64,000 nucleotides of DNA from a virus: positions 32,001-96,000 of the IMG/VR virus record IMGVR_UViG_3300027744_000013. One strand, given 5' to 3'. This document shows, piece by piece, positions 10,671-20,498 of this stretch (position 1 is its first letter; each line of letters opens with the position of its first letter). The position numbers were made by a program, and so were the translations under genes. Below the pieces are notes generated by a model. That model searched no databases. It had not been told where the DNA came from and was given only the letters and a program-made list of their open reading frames with translations.

Positions 10671-11509
10671 TGAACGCAGAACAATATCGCGCACTAGTTA
10701 ATAAACTAGAAAGCATACAACAACTTAACGAATTAGCCTACGGCCAAGAAGACCCTAACAATCCAGGTTTTATGTGGGTTCCAGCTGATGGTACTACTCC
10801 GCTTGGAGACGGTAGCAAACAAATGATTCGATCAGGATCTGGCGGATATTGGAATGCTAAAAAAGTTCCAATTGTAAAACCAGAAGTTGCACCGGCAGTC
10901 GTCGCCCCCGCAGTTGTAGAACCAGAAAAAGTAGCCGAACCACCCGCAGTTGTAGAACCAGAAAAAGTAGCCGAACCACCCGCAGTTGTAGAACCAGAAA
11001 AAGTAGCAGAAAAGGAGCCAGAAGTTTTTCAACCACAAATTGCTCCTACTAAGAAACTGCCATGTGATCCCGATACACTAGCTAAAATTAAATACATGCC
11101 TAGTTTCAATAAAGCATTTGCGGCCGCTCGTGCTGCCGGATGTGAAAAGTTTGACTGGTGCGGAGTATACACTACACAAGTAGAACAAGCTGGTATGGAT
11201 ACTATCCCAGCGGCTGTGGGTAACCCAACAATTTATGCCCAAGGTATTAATATGGCAGTGAATAGAGCAAAACTTAAAGGCGTTCTTGCCCAAAGCGGCC
11301 CTTACACACAGAAAGATGTTGCTAAGGTTGTAAAAGGATTGCAAGACGGCACAATTGGATACCAATTAGATCCAAAATCACACAGTACAAGTGAAATTGA
11401 AACTTTTACTAGAATGCTACGTGACCAGTTACTCAAAGGTGATAAACGTGCAAGCGGCGACTTTAAAACACCACTTGATCAACGAACATTCCCAGCACCA
11501 AAGAAATAA
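10670..11509 (+). CDS. Hypothetical with PAVVEPEKVAEP repeats
   Basis: AEQYRALVNKLESI N-terminus; internal repeat. Confidence 0.6.
   Translation: MNAEQYRALVNKLESIQQLNELAYGQEDPNNPGFMWVPADGTTPLGDGSKQMIRSGSGGYWNAKKVPIVKPEVAPAVVAPAVVEPEKVAEPPAVVEPEKVAEPPAVVEPEKVAEKEPEVFQPQIAPTKKLPCDPDTLAKIKYMPSFNKAFAAARAAGCEKFDWCGVYTTQVEQAGMDTIPAAVGNPTIYAQGINMAVNRAKLKGVLAQSGPYTQKDVAKVVKGLQDGTIGYQLDPKSHSTSEIETFTRMLRDQLLKGDKRASGDFKTPLDQRTFPAPKK
10907..11007 (+). repeat. 36-bp coding tandem repeat, ~3 copies
   Basis: CCCGCAGTTGTAGAACCAGAAAAAGTAGCCGAACCA. Confidence 0.9.
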
Positions 11510-11527
11510 GATTTCGTCAGCAGTATC

Positions 11528-11555
11528 AAAAAGGGCTCTTCGGAGCCCTTTTTTT
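11528..11555. terminator. Intrinsic terminator with UUCG loop, probably bidirectional
   Basis: AAAAAGGGCTC-TTCG-GAGCCCTTTTTTT. Confidence 0.9.
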
Positions 11556-11569
11556 GTGTAAATAAAGTT

Positions 11570-13162
11570 ATGGCAAAATCATTAGAAGGCGTCTTAGTAA
11601 AAAAAGCGCATACAAAAGAAAAGTTTAACGAAGAGCAAATAACAGACTTGTTAAAGTGTTCCGATCCTACCAACGGATACTTATACTTTTCTCAAAACTT
11701 TTTCTATATTCAGCATCCTGTAAGAGGAAAGTTGTTATTTCAACCGTATGAATATCAGGAAGGGTTATTATCAAGTTACCACGATTTTAGATTCAACATA
11801 AACATGTTGCCACGACAAAGTGGTAAGACAACATGTGCATCAGCATACTTGTTATGGTTTGCCATGTTCCATCCGGACCAAACTATTCTAGTTGCCGCGC
11901 ACAAATATACAGGCGCACAAGAAATTATGGCACGTATCCGTTATGGATATGAATTATGCCCTGACCACATTCGATGTGGTGTGACGAGCTATAACAAAGG
12001 CTCAATGGAGTTTGACAATGGATCACGTATTGTTTCTGCTACCACTACTGGTAACACTGGTCGTGGTATGTCCATATCACTTCTTTATTGCGATGAGTTT
12101 GCATTTGTGCAACCTAATATTGCTGAAGAATTTTGGACGTCAATATCACCAACACTAGCAACTGGCGGTAGGGCAATTTTAACTTCAACACCTAACAGTG
12201 ACGAAGATACGTTTGCTATTATTTGGAAAGAGTCACAAGATAAATTTGACACACACGGAAACGAGCGTACTGATGATTTAGGACGCAATGGGTTTCACGG
12301 ATTCCGTGCAGAATGGAATGAACATCCAGATCGTGACGAAGCATGGAAAGCTGTTGAAATGGGACGTATTGGCGAGGAACGTTTCCGTCGAGAATATGGG
12401 TGCGAGTTTTTAATCTATGACGAAACATTAATTAGCTCGCTTAAACTAACAGACATGCTAGGCAAAGAACCTGCCTTTAAGATGGGACAAGTACGCTGGT
12501 ATAAAAAGCCAACGCCAGGCAACACTTACCTTGTGGGATTAGATCCTAGTTTAGGTACAGGTGGAGATTATGCAGGTATTCAAGTATTTGAATTGCCCAG
12601 TATGATACAATGTGCAGAGTGGCAACACAATCTAACTATTATACAAGATCAAGTTAGGATTTTTCGAGATGTTGTAAAGTATATACAAGAAGAGATCGGA
12701 CACGAATACAGTAATAACATTTATTGGTCAGTAGAAAATAACACCCTAGGAGAAGCCGCCCTAGTAGTTATTGCTAACTTAGGCGAAGAAACATTCCCCG
12801 GATTGTTCTTAAGTGAGCCAGTACGCAAAGGGCATGTGCGCAAGTTCCGCAAAGGATTTAACACTACACACGGTAATAAGATTTCAGCTTGTAGTAGATT
12901 AAAGTATTTTATTGAAGAAAACAGGATGATTGTACACAGTAAGATGCTAATAAGTGAACTTAAAACATTTATTGCCGCGGGTGTAACCTTTAAAGCTAAA
13001 GAAGGACAACACGACGATTTAGTTAGTGCGCTATTGCTAATAGTGCGTATGACTGTAATTTTAGCAGATTGGGATCCAGCTGTATTTGATAAACTCAGTA
13101 TAGAAGGCCAATTAGACGATGATTGGGAAGCTCCGCTACCAATATTCATTTCCAGTAATTAG
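11570..13162 (+). CDS. Terminase large subunit (gp17-like)
   Basis: PRQSGKTT Walker A, LLYCDEFAF Walker B, TSTPN, GLDPSLG, HDDLV. Confidence 0.95.
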   Translation: MAKSLEGVLVKKAHTKEKFNEEQITDLLKCSDPTNGYLYFSQNFFYIQHPVRGKLLFQPYEYQEGLLSSYHDFRFNINMLPRQSGKTTCASAYLLWFAMFHPDQTILVAAHKYTGAQEIMARIRYGYELCPDHIRCGVTSYNKGSMEFDNGSRIVSATTTGNTGRGMSISLLYCDEFAFVQPNIAEEFWTSISPTLATGGRAILTSTPNSDEDTFAIIWKESQDKFDTHGNERTDDLGRNGFHGFRAEWNEHPDRDEAWKAVEMGRIGEERFRREYGCEFLIYDETLISSLKLTDMLGKEPAFKMGQVRWYKKPTPGNTYLVGLDPSLGTGGDYAGIQVFELPSMIQCAEWQHNLTIIQDQVRIFRDVVKYIQEEIGHEYSNNIYWSVENNTLGEAALVVIANLGEETFPGLFLSEPVRKGHVRKFRKGFNTTHGNKISACSRLKYFIEENRMIVHSKMLISELKTFIAAGVTFKAKEGQHDDLVSALLLIVRMTVILADWDPAVFDKLSIEGQLDDDWEAPLPIFISSN

Positions 13163-13175
13163 TGATAAATACAAC

Positions 13176-15437
13176 ATGAATGCAAATTTAGATAAGATTG
13201 CCCAAGACCTTTACGGTAAAATACAAACACGCTTCCCTAATATCCAAATGGGGGACGAAAACGCCGGTGTACTAAGCAAAAAGGAAGATATTCCTAATGC
13301 TCGATTCTTTGAGTTTGAATACGAAGAAAACGGCGAATCATTAGGCACTATTGCTATTACCCTTGATGCCCAAGACGGGATTGTGCTACAAGTTAGCGGC
13401 GATTTAGTCAACGATAACAGCAACACAACGCACCACAGTGCGTACAAGTTTATCCGCGGTTTTAGATCATTTGCAAAAGACAGATTATTAAACTTCGATG
13501 TGCAAAACATCGGTAAGAGCAACTTAGACAAACGAGACTACGAGTTTCAGGCCAAACGTAAGGAAAATGCCATGCCCGCAATTATGGAAAACAAGATGTA
13601 CGGTAATGCCCGTATGAGTTATCAAGATTTAGGCGAAAATGCTAGACTAGTTGTCAAGCACACACAGCCAATCAATATGGAACTTGCCGCCGGACGTACA
13701 ATGCACATTGATAGCATTTACATCGAAAACGCACAAGGCGAACGATTCCGTTACCCAGCAAAGCATTTAAATGGTGCTCGTGCATTAGCAGAGCATATCA
13801 AAGCAGGCGGCAATCCATACGATCCAATTGGCAAACACATTTGCAGTCTAAGTGAAGAACTAGCAAGCCTACGCAAGTTCAAAGGTTATGTTAACCGCCA
13901 AGAACAAGTTAGTGAAGCAATGGGCAGTGTTACTGATCGTGTTCTAGAACGCATTGAACAAATTAAAGAAACTATCCACAAGTTACAACGTCCAGCATAT
14001 TATCAATCATTTGTAGAAACATTTGAAGCTCAAGAAGAACAAATGATTCCTGAAGAAATTGCAAATGACCTAATTGACCGTTTGACAATCCGCACATTTA
14101 ACGAAGAATTAAAAGCAGTATTCCCGTACATTTATAAGTTTGTTGACGAGTCACAATTAGATGTATTAGAAATTGGTGTTGACGAATTACTAAGCGATGC
14201 ATACAATCCTAACTCAGTAGATGCTGAACATCGTCGTAGTTTAGAAAAATCGCAGGAAGACAGCTTAAAGAAAAAAGCAGAGGACGGGGATGAGTCAGCT
14301 AAGAAGCGGTTGCAAGCATTAAAAGATAAAAAAGAACGTATGCGTAACGATTACAACGATCGTATGGAGCGCGAATCCATAGATCCTGAACTAGCATACG
14401 AAAACTTCATGAATGATATCGTCCGTGAAGATAAAGACGAACTGTTTAGTCCTAATAAGTCAGCTCAACAAACAGCTATCAAACAATTAAACGATATTTT
14501 ATCACAACCGTTAATGGGCGGCCCACAAGGCATCAATGCTATACAAAGCCTTAAAGGATTAATTGATGATCCTGAATTTTTACAATCGTTGCAAGACATT
14601 GATCCAGAGTTAGATATACGTCCATTAGTACAACAGTTTATTTTACAAAAAGACCCAGAACTATCAATGCGATTAAACTTCAGTGGTGAAGATAATGAAG
14701 CACCTGCTCCAGCAGCACCTGCTCCGTTAGCGCCTGCTCCAGAAGCACCACCAGCGCCTGCTCCAGAAGCACCACCGGCTGAAGCACCACCAGCTGAAGC
14801 ACCACCCCCAGCTCCAGTAGCTGAAGCTACAGATGATAGTCCTCCATGGGATGTAGATCCTAAAGAGAAAAAGTCTAAACCAACAACACCGGGCAAGCAC
14901 GGTCAGGGTTACAGCCAAGCACGTCACCTAGCACGTCAAGGTATGGCAGATGCTATGAAGAAAGCGGTCAAAGCTGGTGCAAAATTAGAAACTCAATTAG
15001 ACTTTGGTCATGGTGTTAAAACTATCCAAGAAATTCTAAGCGATTGCGGAATGAGTCCTCAAGATGTTGGTATGGAAATGCCCGTTGAAGGCGGATTGCC
15101 AGCAATGCTAAAATTTATCAGCGGCTTTTATAACAAAGACGAAGGTAACTTTCCATTAGGCGGTATGCGCATTAAAATTAAAGTTAAAAAAGGTTTTGAA
15201 GATGGTGAGTTTGGCGAAGCTAGCGATGATGACTTGATCAAAGTATTAAAGTTCATTGACATGAAAGATCCAAGCGACGAAGCAGATCATCATGAACAAC
15301 AACATGTCTTAAAGTTAGCAGGTGTTAGTCCACAACCACAAATGCATGAGCCAGAAGCACACGTTAGTCCTATTAGCGGACACTCTGATGCACATGCCGA
15401 TAGTCTAGCTAGAATCATGCAGTTGGTAAGTAGATAA
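13176..15437 (+). CDS. Large hypothetical late protein with Pro/Ala linker
   Basis: ATG 4 nt after TAAATA; PAPEAPPA repeats near 14700-14820. Confidence 0.65.
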   Translation: MNANLDKIAQDLYGKIQTRFPNIQMGDENAGVLSKKEDIPNARFFEFEYEENGESLGTIAITLDAQDGIVLQVSGDLVNDNSNTTHHSAYKFIRGFRSFAKDRLLNFDVQNIGKSNLDKRDYEFQAKRKENAMPAIMENKMYGNARMSYQDLGENARLVVKHTQPINMELAAGRTMHIDSIYIENAQGERFRYPAKHLNGARALAEHIKAGGNPYDPIGKHICSLSEELASLRKFKGYVNRQEQVSEAMGSVTDRVLERIEQIKETIHKLQRPAYYQSFVETFEAQEEQMIPEEIANDLIDRLTIRTFNEELKAVFPYIYKFVDESQLDVLEIGVDELLSDAYNPNSVDAEHRRSLEKSQEDSLKKKAEDGDESAKKRLQALKDKKERMRNDYNDRMERESIDPELAYENFMNDIVREDKDELFSPNKSAQQTAIKQLNDILSQPLMGGPQGINAIQSLKGLIDDPEFLQSLQDIDPELDIRPLVQQFILQKDPELSMRLNFSGEDNEAPAPAAPAPLAPAPEAPPAPAPEAPPAEAPPAEAPPPAPVAEATDDSPPWDVDPKEKKSKPTTPGKHGQGYSQARHLARQGMADAMKKAVKAGAKLETQLDFGHGVKTIQEILSDCGMSPQDVGMEMPVEGGLPAMLKFISGFYNKDEGNFPLGGMRIKIKVKKGFEDGEFGEASDDDLIKVLKFIDMKDPSDEADHHEQQHVLKLAGVSPQPQMHEPEAHVSPISGHSDAHADSLARIMQLVSR

Positions 15438-15439
15438 TC

Positions 15440-16681
15440 ATGAGCACACCCAACATACTACGCCGTTACATGGACATACTGGCAGAAAGAGTCACAATGA
15501 ATCCAGATGGTACTACGTCTGGTGGGTTTAAGCCCAACCCAGTAGATCCCAACGCACCTGTGGATCCCAGACATCAAGCCATGCAACAAGCCAAGGATCA
15601 AGCGGATCAAGCATATAATGCATGGGTTGTAACTCGCCCCAAAACAGCAGATGGACGCCTTATGCCAGCCAACTTGAATCCTGCCGCAGTTGAACGGGTG
15701 TTGGCTGGAGAAGATCCCAACACAGTTATCAAGGGTCGTAGCCAGCTGGGAGCATTTGGCACTGACCCCTCACAGTACAAAACATTGGCACAGCAGTATC
15801 TAGCATGGTTGGCCAAACAGCCCGCTAAGTTTGATAATATGGATCCCAAGTGGGATTCTCCACCTCCGGCAGCGGCAGCACCTGCTCCCGCCGGAGCAAT
15901 TAATATCAATGTGCAAGGTACTCAGCAGGCCGCTAAACTTAAAGCATATAACGATGCCAAGGCTGCTGGTGCAACAGAAGAACAAGCACAAAACGCAGAA
16001 GCAGCCGCAGGAAATCTTGCTGGTGCTGAAGCACTAAGTAAAGTTGATATAAACGATCCGTCTACATACGTTAATAATCCTAGATCTAACACCGGCCCAA
16101 GTTCTGAAGCAGAACGTCAACAATGGATACAAGATCCTACAAAGACTGCTACAGCAACGGCGCCTGCGGCGGCACCTGCCAAAGCTCCGTACAAGGGCAG
16201 TGCAGGCGCCCAAGAAATTCAAAAGTTAAATCCAGCGATTATAGATGTTAATCGAATACAAGTTGGACAAAAACTTAAGATGCCCAACGGTCAACCAGAT
16301 TATATTGTTAAGCCGGGTGATACATTAGATAGAATTGCCAAAGGTGTAAAACCAGCTCAAGGTGCGATGTCTGCAAATGTAGCACCAGCCGGGCAACCAG
16401 CCGCAACTGCCGCTAATCCCGCATTAGGTACTATAAAAGGCGCAACCCAGGCAATCCCAACAGTAGCACCGCCAGCAGGTAATCCAAGCGGAGTAGGAAA
16501 GAATGCAACATATACGACAGATGAAATTGCGGCGGCCCGCGAAGCATTAAAGGATCCAAAACTCGGCGCAAGGGACAGGGCATTTTATACTGGTATGTTA
16601 GCAAACCAACCAAAAGCAGTTAAAGAAAATACCGGATACGACGAAGTTGAGCGTATTGTGAGTTTGGTACATTACAGATAA
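15440..16681 (+). CDS. LysM-containing, Ala-rich probable virion protein
   Basis: LNPAIIDVNRIQVGQKL and YIVKPGDTLDRIA LysM motifs. Confidence 0.75.
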   Translation: MSTPNILRRYMDILAERVTMNPDGTTSGGFKPNPVDPNAPVDPRHQAMQQAKDQADQAYNAWVVTRPKTADGRLMPANLNPAAVERVLAGEDPNTVIKGRSQLGAFGTDPSQYKTLAQQYLAWLAKQPAKFDNMDPKWDSPPPAAAAPAPAGAININVQGTQQAAKLKAYNDAKAAGATEEQAQNAEAAAGNLAGAEALSKVDINDPSTYVNNPRSNTGPSSEAERQQWIQDPTKTATATAPAAAPAKAPYKGSAGAQEIQKLNPAIIDVNRIQVGQKLKMPNGQPDYIVKPGDTLDRIAKGVKPAQGAMSANVAPAGQPAATAANPALGTIKGATQAIPTVAPPAGNPSGVGKNATYTTDEIAAAREALKDPKLGARDRAFYTGMLANQPKAVKENTGYDEVERIVSLVHYR

Positions 16682-16690
16682 AGAAATATT

Positions 16691-17038
16691 ATGAAAACTC
16701 TTCGCGATTATATAAATCTAATAGAGGATGCCCAAGCGCCAGTTCAAGCACCTGCAGATCCAAATAAACTGCTGGTGTTTATTAATTTTGCCAGCGGTCA
16801 GGGCAACAAACAGTATGATTTAACAAGCATCATGCAAAAAAATGGTTGGGTTGGAACTCCTGCGCAAGTTATTAATCAAGCTGAAAAATGGTTAAGTGAT
16901 TTTTTAAGACAACGCGGCGATCAGTGGACTGGTGCAAACTGGTCTTATAAAGGCCAATTATTGAGAGCAAGCCAAGTTGGTGATGCTGGCGCCGCTGACG
17001 AGTGGGCCGATGAAATTAAAAACTCATTTAAGAAATAA
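16691..17038 (+). CDS. Probable internal head protein
   Basis: MKTLRDYINLIE N-terminus. Confidence 0.5.
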   Translation: MKTLRDYINLIEDAQAPVQAPADPNKLLVFINFASGQGNKQYDLTSIMQKNGWVGTPAQVINQAEKWLSDFLRQRGDQWTGANWSYKGQLLRASQVGDAGAADEWADEIKNSFKK

Positions 17039-17192
17039 TTGAGTAAAATACTCATATTTAAAGCAAGATTTCTCTTGCTTTACTAAATAAAAGTGCGTAT
17101 ACTATGTATATGCACTTTTTACTTTAAGGTAGATCCGTAAAGTAAACAAAGGCAAATGAAGTAAACAAAGGCTTATATAAAGGAGAACTACT

Positions 17193-18179
17193 ATGGCAAC
17201 TTTGGCTGAAATTAGAGCAAAACTTAAGGCATCTGAATCAAAAGGTTCAGGAGAACGTACAGGCGGTGATAATTCAATTTATCCGTTCTGGAACTTAAAA
17301 GAAGGCGATGAATCCGTTCTGCGATTCTTACCCGATGGTAACACTGACAACACATTTTTCTGGGTTGAACGTGCAATGATTAAATTACCATTCGCCGGCA
17401 TCAAGGGTGAATCAGAAAGCAAACCAACTATCGTACAAGTACCATGCGTTGAAATGTATGGCGACACTTGCCCAATACTGTCAGAAGTTCGCGGCTGGTT
17501 TAAAGACCCTGCACTTGAAGATATGGGTCGTAAGTATTGGAAGAAACGCAGTTACATTTTCCAAGGATTTGTAACTGAAGATGGTTTGAATGAGAAAGAA
17601 AAAGCAACAAACCCAATCCGTAGATTTATCATCGGACCTCAAATCTTTACATCAATTCGTGCGGCTTTGGTCGATCCAGAATTGGAAGATTTGCCAACTG
17701 ACTTCACAAACGGTATTGACTATCGTATGAAGAAAGGTAGCAAAGGCGGTTATGCTGACTACTCAACTAGTACTTGGTCACGTCGTTCACGTCCGTTGAA
17801 CGAACAAGAACAAGAAGCTATTAAAGAGCACGGCTTGTTTAACTTGTCAGACTTCCTACCTAAAAAGCCAAGTGAAATTGAGCTTAAAGTAATGAAGGAA
17901 ATGTTTGAAGCATCAGTTGATGGCGAACCATATGACATGGAACGTTGGGGACAGTATTTCAAACCAGCTGGCATGAGTCAGAACACAGGTGATCCACAAA
18001 AGACATCTACTCCTAAAGCCGCACCTGCTCCAGCGGCATCACATGATGATGAAGATGACACACCTGCTCCAAAAGCAACTGCTCCGGCAGTGGCACCTAA
18101 AGCAGAAACACCAAGTGACAGTGGCGGCGACAGTCGTGCCGCAGACATCTTGGCAATGATTCGCAATCGTCAGAAGTAA
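17193..18179 (+). CDS. ssDNA-binding protein (gp32-like)
   Basis: LRFLPDG, CPIL, RKYWKKRSY, GGYADYSTS.W. Confidence 0.9.
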   Translation: MATLAEIRAKLKASESKGSGERTGGDNSIYPFWNLKEGDESVLRFLPDGNTDNTFFWVERAMIKLPFAGIKGESESKPTIVQVPCVEMYGDTCPILSEVRGWFKDPALEDMGRKYWKKRSYIFQGFVTEDGLNEKEKATNPIRRFIIGPQIFTSIRAALVDPELEDLPTDFTNGIDYRMKKGSKGGYADYSTSTWSRRSRPLNEQEQEAIKEHGLFNLSDFLPKKPSEIELKVMKEMFEASVDGEPYDMERWGQYFKPAGMSQNTGDPQKTSTPKAAPAPAASHDDEDDTPAPKATAPAVAPKAETPSDSGGDSRAADILAMIRNRQK

Positions 18180-18241
18180 AAACGGCTTGGGCCTCTGCAA
18201 TCTAGTTGTACGCCCAGGTTATCTATTAGGAGAAAAACAAT

Positions 18242-19300
18242 ATGGCAACGAAAGCATTCGATCTTTCAAAATTTCGTAAAACCTTGACCAAGGCAATTGA
18301 CGGTCTAGGTGTAGGATTTAACGATCCTACAGATTGGGTTAGCACAGGTAACTTTGCGCTTAACTATCTGATCAGCGGTGACTGGAACAAAGGTATTCCT
18401 TTGGGTAAAGTTACTGTATTTGCTGGCGAATCTGGTGCCGGCAAGAGTTATATATGCTCAGGCAACATTGTCAAACACGCACAAGAGCAAGGAATTTATG
18501 TTATCTTAATTGATAGCGAAAATGCACTTGACGAACAATGGTTGAAAGACCTCGGTGTTGACACTAGCGAGAGCAAACTACTAAAACTCAACATGGCCAT
18601 GATTGATGATGTGGCTAAAACAATCCATGAATTTATGGACGAGTATAAAGCAATGGCAGAACGTCCTAAGGTCATGTTTGTCATAGACTCACTGGGTATG
18701 TTGCTTACCCCTACTGACATTAACCAGTTCCAAGCTGGTGATATGAAGGGTGATATGGGCCGTAAGCCAAAAGCATTAACCTCATTAGTTCGTAATTGTG
18801 TTAACATGTTCGGTACTTATAATGTAGGCATGGTTTGTACAAATCACACATACGCAAGTCAAGATATGTTTGATCCAGACGACAAAATATCAGGCGGACA
18901 AGGGTTTGTTTACGCATCTAGTATTGTTGTTGCAATGAAAAAGCTGAAGTTGAAAGAAGATGAAGACGGTAACAAGGTTTCAGAAGTAAATGGCATTCGT
19001 GCTAGTTGCAAGATTATGAAAACTCGTTACAGCAAGCCATTTGAAACACTTCAAATTAAAATCCCATACACAACCGGTATGAATCCTTACAGCGGCCTAG
19101 TAGATATGTTTGAAAAACAAGGTCTACTAAAGCAAGAAGGTAACAGACTCAAGTGGAATGATCCTGAGACTGGTGAGGAATTCAAATTCTATCGAAAAGA
19201 ATGGAAAGATGATAAATTAGATATGATAATGGCGAAATTCCATATCAAGCCTGAAACAACAACTACCATTCCTACGGAGATAGATGAAAATGTTGAATGA
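18242..19300 (+). CDS. uvsX: RecA-like recombinase UvsX
   Basis: GESGAGKS, IDSENA, VIDSLGML, SGGQGF.YASS. Confidence 0.92.
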   Translation: MATKAFDLSKFRKTLTKAIDGLGVGFNDPTDWVSTGNFALNYLISGDWNKGIPLGKVTVFAGESGAGKSYICSGNIVKHAQEQGIYVILIDSENALDEQWLKDLGVDTSESKLLKLNMAMIDDVAKTIHEFMDEYKAMAERPKVMFVIDSLGMLLTPTDINQFQAGDMKGDMGRKPKALTSLVRNCVNMFGTYNVGMVCTNHTYASQDMFDPDDKISGGQGFVYASSIVVAMKKLKLKEDEDGNKVSEVNGIRASCKIMKTRYSKPFETLQIKIPYTTGMNPYSGLVDMFEKQGLLKQEGNRLKWNDPETGEEFKFYRKEWKDDKLDMIMAKFHIKPETTTTIPTEIDENVE

Positions 19301-19520
19301 AACACAAATTGGTGATGTCTGGTTACTATTCGCAGACTATATTGACAAGAAGCAACTAGAACTTGTAGCTGAACGCTATGTAGATTTATTGGCAGATCAC
19401 GGTGTTAGTGACAAAGTGTTGCAAAGTGCAACCGGCGTCGACGACACTTTAGATTCTGCTATTGAATACTATCTTGATGAAGACGCTGAAGACGAAGATT
19501 ATAAAGAATTGGATTTCTAA
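19284..19520 (+). CDS. Hypothetical acidic protein
   Basis: ORF between uvsX and uvsY-like genes. Confidence 0.65.
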   Translation: MKMLNETQIGDVWLLFADYIDKKQLELVAERYVDLLADHGVSDKVLQSATGVDDTLDSAIEYYLDEDAEDEDYKELDF

Positions 19521-19975
19521 TGGGTTGGTACGTTAAAGTTAGCAAGGATATTTCTTATATTCCTGACGCTGTAGATTTCTACAATACTGAACTAATCGAT
19601 GCTCGTAAAGAGTGTTGGATTACCGGTAATGTTGAAAGAGCGGCCGCGTCAATGCCTGGGATTGTAGAACAACGTTTCAGTCAACTACAAGAAATTGAGG
19701 CAATTTTAGAGTACCTTAACATTGAACTTCGCAGACTTAAGAGTCAGCATTTTAGAAAGTATCTTGAAAACTATCAAAGAGCACTAAGCTCAAGAGATTG
19801 TGAAAAGTTTGTTGAAGGTGAAGCAGACGTTGTTGATTTTGAAAAAATTATCAACGAGTTTGCTTTACTTCGCAACAAATGGCTAGGTATTACTAAAGCA
19901 CTAGATCAAAAACAATGGCAGATTACTAATATTGTCAAATTGCGTGTTGCAGGGATGGAAGACGCTTCATTGTGA
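19520..19975 (+). CDS. uvsY: Recombination mediator UvsY-like
   Basis: Coiled coil, YLENYQRAL, C-terminal WQITNIVKLR.AG; synteny. Confidence 0.75.
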   Translation: MGWYVKVSKDISYIPDAVDFYNTELIDARKECWITGNVERAAASMPGIVEQRFSQLQEIEAILEYLNIELRRLKSQHFRKYLENYQRALSSRDCEKFVEGEADVVDFEKIINEFALLRNKWLGITKALDQKQWQITNIVKLRVAGMEDASL

Positions 19976-20397
19976 AGATAGTACTAGTTACTGGCGGGTT
20001 TGATCCAATCCACAGCGGTCACATAGATTATTTTAATTCTGCTAGGCAGTTGGGTGACAAACTTGTTGTTGGTTTAAACAGTGACAAATGGCTGTCTCGT
20101 AAAAAAGGTCAACCATTTATGACATGGCAAGATCGTTTTCAAATTATTAAACATTTAAAAATGGTTGACTTTGTTATCAGTTTTAATGACGATGACAATA
20201 GTGCTAAACTTGCAATTAAATTAGTCCAACAAACTTTTCCCGATGACATTATTATCTTTGCCAATGGCGGTGATCGTACCCAAGACAATGTTCCCGAACT
20301 TGATGTTGCTGGTGTAGACTTTGTATTCAATGTAGGCGCAAAAAAAACAACATCTAGTAGTACTTTATTAGAGTCCTGGACATCTGCACATCACTAA
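19972..20397 (+). CDS. HIGH-type cytidylyl/adenylyltransferase (RfaE-II/TagD-like)
   Basis: TGGFDPIHSGH, GLNSD, FANGGDR, SSS. Confidence 0.88.
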   Translation: MKIVLVTGGFDPIHSGHIDYFNSARQLGDKLVVGLNSDKWLSRKKGQPFMTWQDRFQIIKHLKMVDFVISFNDDDNSAKLAIKLVQQTFPDDIIIFANGGDRTQDNVPELDVAGVDFVFNVGAKKTTSSSTLLESWTSAHH

Positions 20398-20419
20398 TCA
20401 ATTCGCCCAAACGAATACT

Positions 20420-20453
20420 AATAGGCCTTAAATAATATTGAGGCCTATTTTTT
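20420..20453 (+). terminator. Intrinsic terminator
   Basis: AATAGGCCT...AGGCCTATT plus T-run. Confidence 0.7.
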
Positions 20454-20498
20454 ATTCAAATGGTTGACCTTTGACAAATTACCATGTATACTAGTAAT

